This document shows, piece by piece, positions 1 through 10,446 of a stretch of DNA of 64,000 nt. Each line of letters begins with the position of its first letter. The first letter of the stretch is position 1. Source of the DNA: Williopsis jadinii (taxonomy: Eukaryota); NCBI GenBank assembly GCA_024346625.1, contig AP024664.1, positions 3,720,001 through 3,784,000 of the forward strand, given 5' to 3'. The notes beneath the pieces are model-generated. The model did no database searches. It was given only the letters and a program-made list of their open reading frames with translations, and had not been told where the DNA came from. The translations under genes were made by a program, and so were the position numbers.

Positions 1-10
1 CTAGCACACC

Positions 11-47
11 AGCAACATCATCAACATCAACATCAACAACAACATCC
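11..47. repeat. Imperfect (CAACAT)n microsatellite
   Basis: agcaacatcatcaacatcaacatcaacaacaacatcc; a similar tract lies at about 59281-59316. Confidence 0.7.
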
Positions 48-256
48 TTGAGCAAAATGCGTGCGAGGGCATATGAGCCCTGTGTAGTGGTGTCTGGGTG
101 TCTTGTCCAGTGTGTTTTCCCGCTCTGCGCGTTATGTGCCCTCGTACCAAAAAAATTCCCAACGCCGAAGGAGGAAAACGGTGACGATCAACGTTTGTTG
201 TTAAGTTAGATTCGTCCAATAAGACAGCACAGTTCTCTCGATCAACAGCTTGAAAC

Positions 257-1885
257 ATGGTGCTTGCCGACTTGGGACGCAGAATCAACACTGCTGTGTC
301 GAGTGCGATCAAGTCCAGCGATGTGGACAGCGCCATCGATGTGATGCTGAAGGAAATTTGCAATGCTCTGCTGGAATCCGATGTTAACTTCAAGCTCGTT
401 GCGAAGTTGCGTAACGATATCCGTGCCAAGTTGAACTCCGATGAGAGTGTGAATGCGCAGCAGAAGAAGAAGATCATTCAGAAAGTTGTTTTTGACGAGC
501 TGTGCGCTCTCGTTGATACCGGAGCTGAGCCATACAAGCCAAAGAAGGGCAAGAGAAACGTTATCATGTTTGTCGGTTTGCAAGGTGCTGGTAAGACTAC
601 GTCGTGTACGAAGCTAGCTATGTATTACAAGAGAAGGGGGTTCAAGGTTGGTCTTGTGTGTGCCGATACGTTTAGAGCTGGTGCATTCGACCAGTTGAAG
701 CAGAACGCTGCTAAGGCCAATGTTCCTTACTACGGTTCGTATACAGAGACGAACCCTGTGATTGTTGCCAAAGAAGGTGTTGAGAAATTCAAAAAGGAGA
801 AATTCGACATTATCATTGTGGATACTTCTGGTAGACATAGACAAGAGGAGGACTTGTTCCAAGAGATGATTGAGATTGGTGAAGCTGTGCATCCAAATCA
901 GACCATCATGGTTCTCGATGCCTCCATTGGTCAAGCCGCAGAGGCACAATCCAAGGCCTTTAAGGAGAGTTCTGATTTTGGTTCCATTATTTTGACAAAG
1001 ATGGATGGACACGCCAAAGGTGGTGGTGCTATCTCTGCTGTTGCTGCCACGCACACACCAATCGTCTTTATCGGTACTGGTGAACATACCCAAGATTTCG
1101 AAAGCTTCAACCCAAAGTCGTTCATTTCAAAGCTCTTGGGTATCGGAGATATCCAGGGCCTTATCGAGAAGGTTCAGTCGTTGGACATTGATCATAAGGA
1201 TACCATAAAGAACATCCAGGAGGGTAAGTTCACCATTTCCAATTATCAACAACAGATCCAAGGTATATTGAAACTAGGACCAATTTCACAGATTGCGAAC
1301 ATGGTTCCCGGTCTGGGCCAGATGATGAATGGTATAAACGACAACGAGGCACAGAACGGGTTCAAGAAACTCATGTGTGTTCTCGACTCCATGACCAAAG
1401 AAGAGCTGGAATCAGACGGCAAGATATTCATCGAACAACCGTCCAGAATCGTCAGGGTCGCCCGCGGCGCAGCTCTCCCAGTACACGAGGTTGAGATGAT
1501 CCTCACACAGGTGAATATGATGAGTGGAATGGCACAGCAGTCTAAGAACATGAAAGACAGTGGGATGGCTGGCATGGGTGGTAACCCATCCCAACCGCAG
1601 ATGCAAAAGATGATGAGACAGATGCAGTCCAACCCTGGCATGATGGCCAACGCCATGAGAAACATGCAAAACATCCCAGGCATGGGCGACATGATGAAGA
1701 GCATGATGGGAGGCCAAGGTGCTGGTGCGGGCGGAATGCCAGATATGAACCAGATGATGAAGGCCATGCAAGGCATGGGACTTGGTGGTGGTGCACCGGG
1801 TGCACCTGCTGGAGGAATGCCAGACATGTCTGCTATGATGAACAACCCAATGATGAAGCAGATGATGAAGAACATGGGGATGTAA
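257..1885 (+). CDS. SRP54: Signal recognition particle 54 kDa subunit (NG GTPase + M domain)
   Basis: [11 protein letters not shown] start, [10 protein letters not shown]-loop, [17 protein letters not shown] and [12 protein letters not shown] motifs, Met/Gly-rich C-terminus. Confidence 0.98.
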   Translation: MVLADLGRRINTAVSSAIKSSDVDSAIDVMLKEICNALLESDVNFKLVAKLRNDIRAKLNSDESVNAQQKKKIIQKVVFDELCALVDTGAEPYKPKKGKRNVIMFVGLQGAGKTTSCTKLAMYYKRRGFKVGLVCADTFRAGAFDQLKQNAAKANVPYYGSYTETNPVIVAKEGVEKFKKEKFDIIIVDTSGRHRQEEDLFQEMIEIGEAVHPNQTIMVLDASIGQAAEAQSKAFKESSDFGSIILTKMDGHAKGGGAISAVAATHTPIVFIGTGEHTQDFESFNPKSFISKLLGIGDIQGLIEKVQSLDIDHKDTIKNIQEGKFTISNYQQQIQGILKLGPISQIANMVPGLGQMMNGINDNEAQNGFKKLMCVLDSMTKEELESDGKIFIEQPSRIVRVARGAALPVHEVEMILTQVNMMSGMAQQSKNMKDSGMAGMGGNPSQPQMQKMMRQMQSNPGMMANAMRNMQNIPGMGDMMKSMMGGQGAGAGGMPDMNQMMKAMQGMGLGGGAPGAPAGGMPDMSAMMNNPMMKQMMKNMGM

Positions 1886-1889
1886 GCTA

Positions 1890-1968
1890 TCTGTGTCTCC
1901 ATCTCTCTCATTGTATGGGAGCACACGTCTGTCTCCCCATCTCTCTCATTGTATGGGAGCACACGTCT
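1890..1968. repeat. 38-bp tandem duplication in the SRP54 3' region
   Basis: tctgtgtctccatctctctcattgtatgggagcacacg followed by tctgtctccccatctctctcattgtatgggagcacacg (2 mismatches). Confidence 0.9.
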
Positions 1969-2270
1969 ATACCGTAATCAACACCATAATGAAGTACACC
2001 TCGTAGCTTACGTAAGCACTCGTCTCTGCTCTCCCGGCCCTCCGCCGCCGCACGTACCCTCGGAGCTAACGGTTACGTAATCCAGTCGGGGAATTTGTCG
2101 TTGTGGAAGCGCTTCCAGGGCTCATCGGCCAGACGGCCCTTCGTCGACTAAAAAAAAACAAACCAATACACAAAAACACACCGCAAAAGCACAGCGCAAA
2201 GGGTTCACACGACTTGGAAACCGAGGTTGCAAGGAGCTGGCTGGCTGTGTGATTAGGGCAATTTGCAACT

Positions 2271-3674
2271 ATGGAGACCACACCAACAATGAAGCCTGGC
2301 GGGAGAGCTGACAACGGCTCCTCAAGTCCCACGAAGAGTGGCACAGTGTCATATAGCCCCAACAAGTCATCGTCGTCTACCCGGGTGATTGAGTCACTCC
2401 ATAGGCAGATTGACGAGCTCAAGCTTGAGTTGCTGGACACGAAGAGCAGGAACGAAGAGTTGAAGAAGAAGAATGAGATTGTGCAGAAGCGCCGTGATCA
2501 GCTGGTTGAGCAGTTGTCGAATGCCAAGCACGACAACGAGGTTGTCAGTTCGATGCTCGACAGGAAAGAGAGACGAGTGGCGGATTTGGAGGAGCAGTTG
2601 CAGAATGTAAGCTCTTGTGCGGATGACTATAAGTGGAAGTTCAAGAATCTGGAGACACGTTGCGACAAGCTGCGAGAGAACGAATCACGTGCTGTGTCGG
2701 AGCTCGAGCGGATCAAGATTGCATACGACATTATAGTGGCCAGCCAGAAGGAGTACAGAAGCCACTACGATGCGCAGGTGAAAGAGTTGAAGAAGAAGCT
2801 CGAGGAATACATAAGCGACAAGGACACGATGCTACAGAAGAACATCTCCTTGATCAACAAGAGCGATGCCACCATCTTTAGATCTATAAAGGCCATCACT
2901 CTGAGATCTCGGGAAATAGAGGAGAGGTATGTCAAGCGAGATCAGATCTTGGCTGAAAGTCTTGCCAAACTACGCAACTCCGTCTCTTTGAATACACAGG
3001 ATATACAGGTGATATTGAAGTCCTCGAAGGACTTGTTTGAAGAGGTTTGTCACAAACTGAACATTGACAAGAAGACGTTGATGGAATCCTATCTACATGA
3101 CTGCGAAGATCACATAAACCCATTCGAAGAACAAGAGGAGGCTCAGAGTATAGAAACTTCACAGGGAGGGGAACCTTTGGGCTCAGAGAGAGAAAGTTCT
3201 CGAGTGCAAAAGATCAAAGAGGAGCCTATTGTTGTCAAGAAAAGGGGTGAACGTACAGTATCAGTCGAAACTGCAGAAGAAAGAATACGCAAACTCAGCA
3301 AAGACTTGAACAATAGAATTCCATCGTCTGATCGTGTAACACCTCTGGATCCACACGCTAAAACGAGACATAGACGCAATGGAACATCGCCGACCGATGA
3401 CAATAACGCTGGCTCCTCTTCAAATTCTCGAAGATCGTCTGCTTTGTTTGATGGTGTATCATCAAACTTCACAGTTGCAACCGATGTATCCCGTAAGACT
3501 TCTTCCTCAAGAAATCCTTCGTCGCATTCGAGAAACGCTTCAAATGTTGACAACTTTGAGGAACTGTCCAAGAAGAAGAAAAGAAGACGTAGAAGAAAGA
3601 AGGGATCAAAGAAAACTGACACCGATGGTGAAAAGGAAGGAGAGGAGGATCTATCAGGGTTGGAATCTAACTGA
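2271..3674 (+). CDS. SHE3: She3-like coiled-coil mRNA/myosin adaptor
   Basis: STRVIESLHRQIDELK ... NAKHDNEVVSSMLDRKERRVADLE resembles the She3 N-terminal coiled coil; low-complexity basic/acidic tail. Confidence 0.7.
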   Translation: METTPTMKPGGRADNGSSSPTKSGTVSYSPNKSSSSTRVIESLHRQIDELKLELLDTKSRNEELKKKNEIVQKRRDQLVEQLSNAKHDNEVVSSMLDRKERRVADLEEQLQNVSSCADDYKWKFKNLETRCDKLRENESRAVSELERIKIAYDIIVASQKEYRSHYDAQVKELKKKLEEYISDKDTMLQKNISLINKSDATIFRSIKAITLRSREIEERYVKRDQILAESLAKLRNSVSLNTQDIQVILKSSKDLFEEVCHKLNIDKKTLMESYLHDCEDHINPFEEQEEAQSIETSQGGEPLGSERESSRVQKIKEEPIVVKKRGERTVSVETAEERIRKLSKDLNNRIPSSDRVTPLDPHAKTRHRRNGTSPTDDNNAGSSSNSRRSSALFDGVSSNFTVATDVSRKTSSSRNPSSHSRNASNVDNFEELSKKKKRRRRRKKGSKKTDTDGEKEGEEDLSGLESN

Positions 3675-3721
3675 GCATATAGCATTAAATCTCGTTGATT
3701 TTAGAAGACAAGGGCCAACTA

Positions 3722-4999
3722 TTAAAACTTTGTATAAACTGCAATGGTACAATCTTCAAATCCTAAAGCTAAGATCTTGCTTGTAATGATATTGATATCT
3801 CGCCTCGTAATTGCGCTTCTAATAGATTCTGGAACTTCAACAGAATCGACGATTCTCAAAACGTTTGGTTTTATTGTGCTCTTCTTTAAAGGTTTATCAG
3901 AATCTTGTAAACTGCCAATGGTATTCAAATCACCAGTGATCATACCTTTGGGTTTTGTAAATTTAGCACTGTATTGCAACTCTCCATTGTGATACTCCAT
4001 GAACTTAGTTGTCCCGTTCCATGAAGACAATACGTATTTGTTATCGATGTTTACAATTCCACCTATCTTACCAAAATGGTCAAGCTTGACAACTCTTGAA
4101 TGATGTGTGGCCAGATCTTGGAAAACGACATGAGATGAGATTGAAGTTGAGGCCACCATGTTGTTAGTCTCATCGTAACATAGCGAAAGAGCAGGATTTG
4201 GGAAATGCTCGCCTGTGATGCTTAAGATTTGAACCTTTGAAGGCTCAAATGACAGTTGTAACGTGGCAACATGGCCTGACTCGAATCCAACAGCCAATTG
4301 GTCGTTTTCCAAAAAGAGGAGCCTCATGATAATTCCAAACTTATCCACTCTATTGCCATCGTCATCGTCAGCTCTTTTCAACTTGAACTCTGGAATGTTG
4401 ATGCCATTTTCAGCAGCAATTTGAAATACATCAACACCCTGGAAGATTCTCCTGAGTCTATTCTCATTGGGTGTTTCATCGCCGAGAAATGCGATATCGT
4501 AAACATCAAACTTACCAGATTCAAGGGTATTGGGACTCACAATGAGACTCCCACGGTGATCCACATTGCAGAAATTGAGTGCATTCTCTGGTAAATCATA
4601 AACCTCCTCCAGGGAGAAGTTCCCCATGCTGTTGAACAGTCTCCAGAACTTTATACAGTTATCACGTCCATGCGAATAAACCAATCCAAACAGCCTATCA
4701 TCAATCGTGCCGTTCTTCAACCCCAGCTGCTCTATCGACAGTATCGATCCCTGATGTCCTCTCCACGACTTTATAGGTCGACGTGTCGTCAAGTCCCACA
4801 GTGTCAAGTTACCCTTCTCATCGCCGGAAAGCAGAAAGGGCTTCAGCAAAGCTGAAGACGACTCCACGCCGTCTCGAAGTAGCCTTCTCGTACATCCAAG
4901 TGGCACTCTGACAAAACAGAGCGATGTGATAGGTTCAGTATGCTTTCTCAGTGTGAAATCAGGAAACTTGGTGTCATCTTCTAACAAGGCCATGCTCAT
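3722..4999 (-). CDS. ASA1: WD40 protein, ASTRA complex subunit Asa1
   Basis: FTLRKH...ITSL, LLSGDEKG..LWDLTTRRP, HGRDNCIKFW, ENALNFCNV, LAVGFESG, LALGFEDCTIAVY; first ATG at 4999. Confidence 0.85.
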   Translation of the reverse strand: MSMALLEDDTKFPDFTLRKHTEPITSLCFVRVPLGCTRRLLRDGVESSSALLKPFLLSGDEKGNLTLWDLTTRRPIKSWRGHQGSILSIEQLGLKNGTIDDRLFGLVYSHGRDNCIKFWRLFNSMGNFSLEEVYDLPENALNFCNVDHRGSLIVSPNTLESGKFDVYDIAFLGDETPNENRLRRIFQGVDVFQIAAENGINIPEFKLKRADDDDGNRVDKFGIIMRLLFLENDQLAVGFESGHVATLQLSFEPSKVQILSITGEHFPNPALSLCYDETNNMVASTSISSHVVFQDLATHHSRVVKLDHFGKIGGIVNIDNKYVLSSWNGTTKFMEYHNGELQYSAKFTKPKGMITGDLNTIGSLQDSDKPLKKSTIKPNVLRIVDSVEVPESIRSAITRRDINIITSKILALGFEDCTIAVYTKF

Positions 5000-5329
5000 C
5001 AGTTCCACCGAGCATCCCCAATGAATGTTAGTGATAGAATGAAAGAGGGAGCAAGAGCCTAAATCCGGTTGGAAAATGCCCGCCTGCCGTTCTGTGTGCC
5101 GCCTTTGTCCCCTGCCCGGAATAACTTTGCCTTGCAGCGGCGATTAAAGCGCACAACGGCCGCTTGGGACTGTCACACCTGCGTGCAACATAATTGATGT
5201 GAAATTGTTAGAACAAAAGTATTAAAAGGAGCACCCTTTTTCACCCTCTCGGTGCAGGATATACAGTTTTAAAAGGGATTAACATCGTCTTATTCTTGGA
5301 CTTTTGTTTTGCTGTTTTTCCACCTTTCA

Positions 5330-5387
5330 CCTGCTTTCTCTTCCTTGCTTTCTCTTCCTTGCTTTCTTTTCCTTGCTTCCTCTTCCC
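5330..5387. repeat. Pyrimidine-rich 14-bp tandem repeat (~4 copies)
   Basis: Unit ttccttgctttctc with minor variants, immediately upstream of the 5418 ORF. Confidence 0.8.
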
Positions 5388-5417
5388 ATTGGCTCATAAA
5401 CTACTGCAAGGGGAGTA

Positions 5418-6269
5418 ATGAGACTTTTCACTAAATTCTTTTTCGGAACAGCTCTTGCGGCCACTGGCTCGTCTGTAATTGCTAGGAACTATGTCTATGT
5501 TGGTGACTATCACGAGGTTTCTCCGTTTGACTTTAAAAGGCTTTCTTGGTCTGGTAAATTGAGATACCTTTTCTTCAATTCTCGTGATAACGCTGCAAAA
5601 GATGGAGCTTTGAGAGCTGCCAATCCAAACAATAACCAAACCTCGTTCGACTACTTTGAGAAGGAACTGGACCCAGAAACTTCAAAGTGTTTGCTTGAGA
5701 AGTACAAGACCAATGATGAAATGTTGGGTGCCATGCAAAAAGCACTCTTCTTGGGACCAACACTGTGGCCTCATAGATTTTTAATTGGAGCTTACTTGCA
5801 TTCCAAGACACCAGGAAATGACAGGATTACTGGGTTTGCTAAGTTGGAGCCATCTTTGAAAGACATTGATCCTAAGGAACTACCACGCGGTTTCATGAAT
5901 GCGCCACTCCTGCCAAATTTTCCCAAGCTCAATTATATCTGGAATAAGGACGATATTACGAAGTACGACAAACCTTTCGAGAAAGGCTCAATCATCTTTG
6001 GTATGTTCACCATGGGAGAACATGGCAATCGTCCTAACGGGGGTTATTTCAACTTTTTGTTTGGATCTGACTACTTCCCATTCACCACGGTCCATAGAGC
6101 TGAGTATTTCACAAAGCAGAACTTGGCTGGAGATCCTGTGTTGGTCCTTAGACTCACCAACGCCAGTCAATTTACAGAGCCTAACAGTCCGATGTTCGTT
6201 GACAAGACCAATGGATTGCATGAATTCATGACAAGAACTATTGTCTTGGGTATGACTAGGGGAATGTAA
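5418..6269 (+). CDS. Hypothetical 283-aa protein of unknown function, possibly organelle-targeted
   Basis: ATG-initiated 283-codon ORF with gene-like codon usage; N-terminus MRLFTKFFFGTALAATG has no acidic residues; no named domain recognised. Confidence 0.75.
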   Translation: MRLFTKFFFGTALAATGSSVIARNYVYVGDYHEVSPFDFKRLSWSGKLRYLFFNSRDNAAKDGALRAANPNNNQTSFDYFEKELDPETSKCLLEKYKTNDEMLGAMQKALFLGPTLWPHRFLIGAYLHSKTPGNDRITGFAKLEPSLKDIDPKELPRGFMNAPLLPNFPKLNYIWNKDDITKYDKPFEKGSIIFGMFTMGEHGNRPNGGYFNFLFGSDYFPFTTVHRAEYFTKQNLAGDPVLVLRLTNASQFTEPNSPMFVDKTNGLHEFMTRTIVLGMTRGM

Positions 6270-9200
6270 TAGGAATTAAATTCTCGTATGCGTAGCATTG
6301 AATATGGCTGTCTGTTGGGTTAGAAGTATGTAAATTGAGTAATTCACACCAATCCCTCACTCCGGTTGGATAAACACCTCTTAGTGAAGACCATTATCAG
6401 GAAACTAATTTATAGTAATATGCACGCAATAATCTAAGCTATAATGTCGAGCCCCAAAATATCTGACTACGATAATAAACGTGTGTTTCTGGCAAAGGTT
6501 AACAGCTCAGCACCTATCGATAATTTGTTACAATTAAGCCAATACCGAGTTCTCATAAGCTAATAACGAAGATCAAGAAGGTCCTGTGTCTTCAAAGCCT
6601 ACAACAAGGAAGCATTTCCTGGAATAGACGAACTGATTGGTTGATTGGGGCTAACACTGCTCAGCTACTAAGATATTTTTAAAAATACTTGCTGAATCAG
6701 AAATGTGGGAACTCCAATTGAGGATCAATTTGATTAAATATTGTTAGAATCGTGGGTTTGAAGATTATATGGCTTCCGCCTTCTTCATTTCATGTCGATC
6801 AGTCGCGTGCAGCATTTGATCTAACATTCTTGAGGTCATCTCTTTCCACCATATGGTGAAGCTTACTCACAGAAAGACATAAATACCTGTATTTTAACTA
6901 GACAGATAATTTTACAGTATTTTCAATGATCATAATAGTTTATTCATCTTAAAAGTAGTATCATTAATACTAAAAACAAATATTTTTTGAAAACTATACA
7001 GGTCTATTTTGATTCAAGAAAATTAGTAAATGAAAGATGTCAACTTATTTACTAGAAATTATATTATTTTGCGTATTAACTACAAATTCTTCAGTAGAAT
7101 ACTCACCATTAATATTCTGAACAATAAATTGAACAAAACTTTGAGTTTGCTGTTAGATCATCTAATCTTAACCACTAGTATGGCATTGATAGCTTTATAT
7201 GTAATGCGATATCTGCACCGAACTCATAATATTGGCTGGCAACGAAAAACACCTGGACACCTAATGCCGATTATAAGTAGATAGTGTAGCCAGTAAGTAG
7301 AAGAACGGATTAATATCCAACATCGGATGGCATGAAGGCACGAACTCTGATGTACTCTCACTATGCTGTAGTCTCTTATATGTAATGCGTGAATTGTGTG
7401 ATAAAACTTTCACTGAGGGTTCGATGTACCGTAAGGCCAACCTCGGGTGATATTCCGCACTATATTTAACTGGGGTGCCACTTCTGTACTCGAAGTAATC
7501 AATAGTTGTCCTCAGATGACGCATTGGTCGAAAAGACAAGAAATAGTGATCGAACTGGCGTGGTAACAAAGGACTAAGAACCATTTATTCCACATTGTAT
7601 CGTTGTCTACCGTCCTACGGAGAGTGGCATTGGGGTTCAGCTTCAGTCAATTCCATTGTTTACTGACATTACGCAGTAGTTCGCCTGTAGATTCAACGAA
7701 GGATTCAATTAAGCATACAAGCATCGAACATTTCACACTCATTCAGACCCATACTTGTCGATCGAGGCTTTTCCATTGAAGTCTGACTTGCATCCGAGGT
7801 TTCACCACCACAGGGCATGTGCATATAAACGAAACAGTATTTGCAACTGTGCCTCCAATAAAAATTAGCATCTGAGACACTCGAAAGGACAATGTCAAAC
7901 ACAAAACAATGTCAACCAGTGTTCATTGTATTTCGTCTTTTATGCCATCCGTCTAGATTGGTTCCACATGCTTCAGGATGTTAGGGTTCAGGACACCCAG
8001 ACTAGGCCTTACACCCACGAGCCACCTGTGTTTTGAGCTTTACGGTGTATAGAGAGAAGAGAAGCAAAACATTGAGAATGTGTTATGCACTACACACCTC
8101 CTTTGTACGAGGCGTGCTTCTGATGTCCACACTCTCACATCCTTTTAACCTTATACAGGTATCCTGAGCATCAGTTTAAGATTACGAGAACACATCTCTC
8201 AACTCAAGGAGCAGACAGCGTTTTTCAATTGGGGTGTACAGCTTGTTCCCTCTCACAGAATATCTTGTCATCGTGATGTTCAGTACGCTGCCAATTTGAA
8301 ACACAACATTGTCAAGTTTTATCGCAACGGGCGTCGTAGACTCCAAACGAACCTACGCTACAAAGCCTAATGGCTGATGTGTTTTCGCCACTGACAAACC
8401 CTAATCCATAACCAACTTATGGTCCACCCCACAATGTGCCAATGTCATCAGATAGTACCAATTGCACCGATTTGTTGTACATGTCGAGATCCAAATGTGG
8501 GGTTCCCTTATGTTTATTCATGCTGCTTTAGCCAACGTTTATTTTTTGGGCTTAAGTTTGGAAACCCCGGACCCCGGCAATAGTTTACAGAATTAGGCAT
8601 GAAAACCATGGGGTAGGCAGCGGGCACTAAGCAGAAGCCATAATTTGGGTTAAAGTTTAAGTTGGAATCCGATTGTCGGTAATTGACAAGATTGATCTTG
8701 TACAAGGATTTACACACATGCCCCGGGATCAAGATTGTCTTCGGTTTGAGACTTTGCCAACCGTTGAATGATGCAACATGTGTTAAAACCAACAGCTATT
8801 GAAGTGAACTTTTCTCCCCTAGAGTTTGACTCTTGGGAACGATACCTAGCGGTACTTTAGAAGGCAACGTGTTTACGAATGTGCTATCCTTACAGTTTTT
8901 GTTGATTCAACAGGGACTCCGTAGTGGACGTACAGAGCTTTAAACTGTCCGTTGTTGAGTGAGCGGTGTCGGCTAGCGCAGCACTGTTGAATTATAAAAC
9001 CCTCGGTGTTTTTTCTTTCTTTTTCCTTTTTTTTTTCTTCGTACGTCAACGGTGCGGACTGCGAAGATCAGCCTGGATGGTCAAGGAATTCGTGGCAGAA
9101 AGCACTAAAGTTACAACTCCTCGAAGTCCGATTGTAGGGAAACCAGCTGAATAATTCCAGGAGTTTGAAGGACGACCGGACGCCGATCCCTGCACAAGAG

Positions 9201-9612
9201 ATGCCTTTCTATATGTCGCTATAAAACCTTCACTTTATTATTAATACAAACTCCTCTGAGCTTGGACTGCACTTTACGAGTGTTTGTCCTTTTAAGTTTT
9301 GACCACCAAGACCTTTCCAGAAGAGACCGAGCAGTTAAGTGGCGAAGCGTGGGGACGCTCACAAACACCAGCCATATACCATGGGATGTGAAGTTACAGT
9401 TGCTTACAATTACCTAAGACCTGATTAATTCCCTCAGTTTCAATCCGTCTTATCTAGTCGATCTATCCCTTAGCAGCGATTTTTAGAATCGCCCTGCAAC
9501 CCAAGCGTTAGCCTCTGAATTAATTGTCGCACTCCTGCAGTTGCACAGGAATTAGTAGGAGTACAGCATAAGCAATTTCAAAGCCAATTCACCGGTTTTC
9601 GGCTTATTTTCC

Positions 9613-9651
9613 CAGTCCAATGATTGGACTGAACAGCCCCGGACTCCGGGG
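9613..9651. promoter_or_regulatory. Two adjacent perfect palindromes: double CCAAT box and double SYGGRG (Mig1-like) site
   Basis: CAGTCCAAT-G-ATTGGACTG (9613-9631) and CCCCGGA-C-TCCGGGG (9637-9651), ~800 bp upstream of the Zn-cluster gene. Confidence 0.45.
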
Positions 9652-10446
9652 AATTGACACGAAACACAGTGAACCGAAGCGAATTCTATGTAAAACCAAC
9701 GATAAAACTTCTCACAGCTGAAACAAGATCTTCCGGTCGTGTAGTTTTTCAGCAGTTATTGCGTCTGTCTTGGTTTAAACCTGGGGACAGGGTTGAAGGG
9801 AGAGTTGACATCAACACCGATGGAGGGGCAGAGTTACCCCAAGTTGTATGTGGGAATTAATGCTTCCACACAACAGAATCGAAAACATTGTAGACAACAG
9901 GATCACCTCGGCCATTTGCAAAGGCACTGAAGCCTATGCACATACGTCAGCAACGTATACATAAGTGGCATCAAGTTATACTGTTGGTTTTTCCCCCTTG
10001 AGTTCTATTCAAGGCATCAACGAAAAACGAACTTCGGAACTGGGAGAGCTGTTGTCCCTCATATTTAATACGCACGCGCATTGTACGCTGCAGCTAATAC
10101 ACGTAGGCTCTTTCCTTGATTTCCAATGCCCGTGTACGCTCTCCTTTTGTTTGGGGCCAGCAGGGTTACCTTGCTGCCTTCTTGCGCTTCTCTGTGTGCA
10201 TGCGTGTGTAATATGTATGCCACTGGGCGTTTTCCCTCCTTTTACCTAGACAGAACTATATAAACAATCGCAATGTACGCTGTCGACTTTAACTACGTAG
10301 ATGGCCCGAAACCTTCGTTGGCCTTCATTTTTACCAGCTTTATCCTTAATTTGTTCCTACCGTCATTTCAAACAAGACAAACATACAATAGAAAGAGCAC
10401 GAAGAAGAGAGAAGGAAGCAATATACACACAGATGAACCAGTAACG

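Noticed and set aside
1246..1962. Long antisense ORFs over SRP54, and similar ones over PEP1, CWC25, NRD1 and GIS2
   Set aside because: Shadow frames caused by biased codon usage and low-complexity repeats.
7409..7450. GGTTCGA-containing imperfect hairpin resembling a tRNA T-arm
   Set aside because: No cloverleaf, A-box or acceptor stem.
7030..10249. Short ORFs (62-107 aa) in the gene-free region
   Set aside because: No domains, many non-ATG starts and non-coding-like composition; no a1/a2, transposase or LTR signatures seen.
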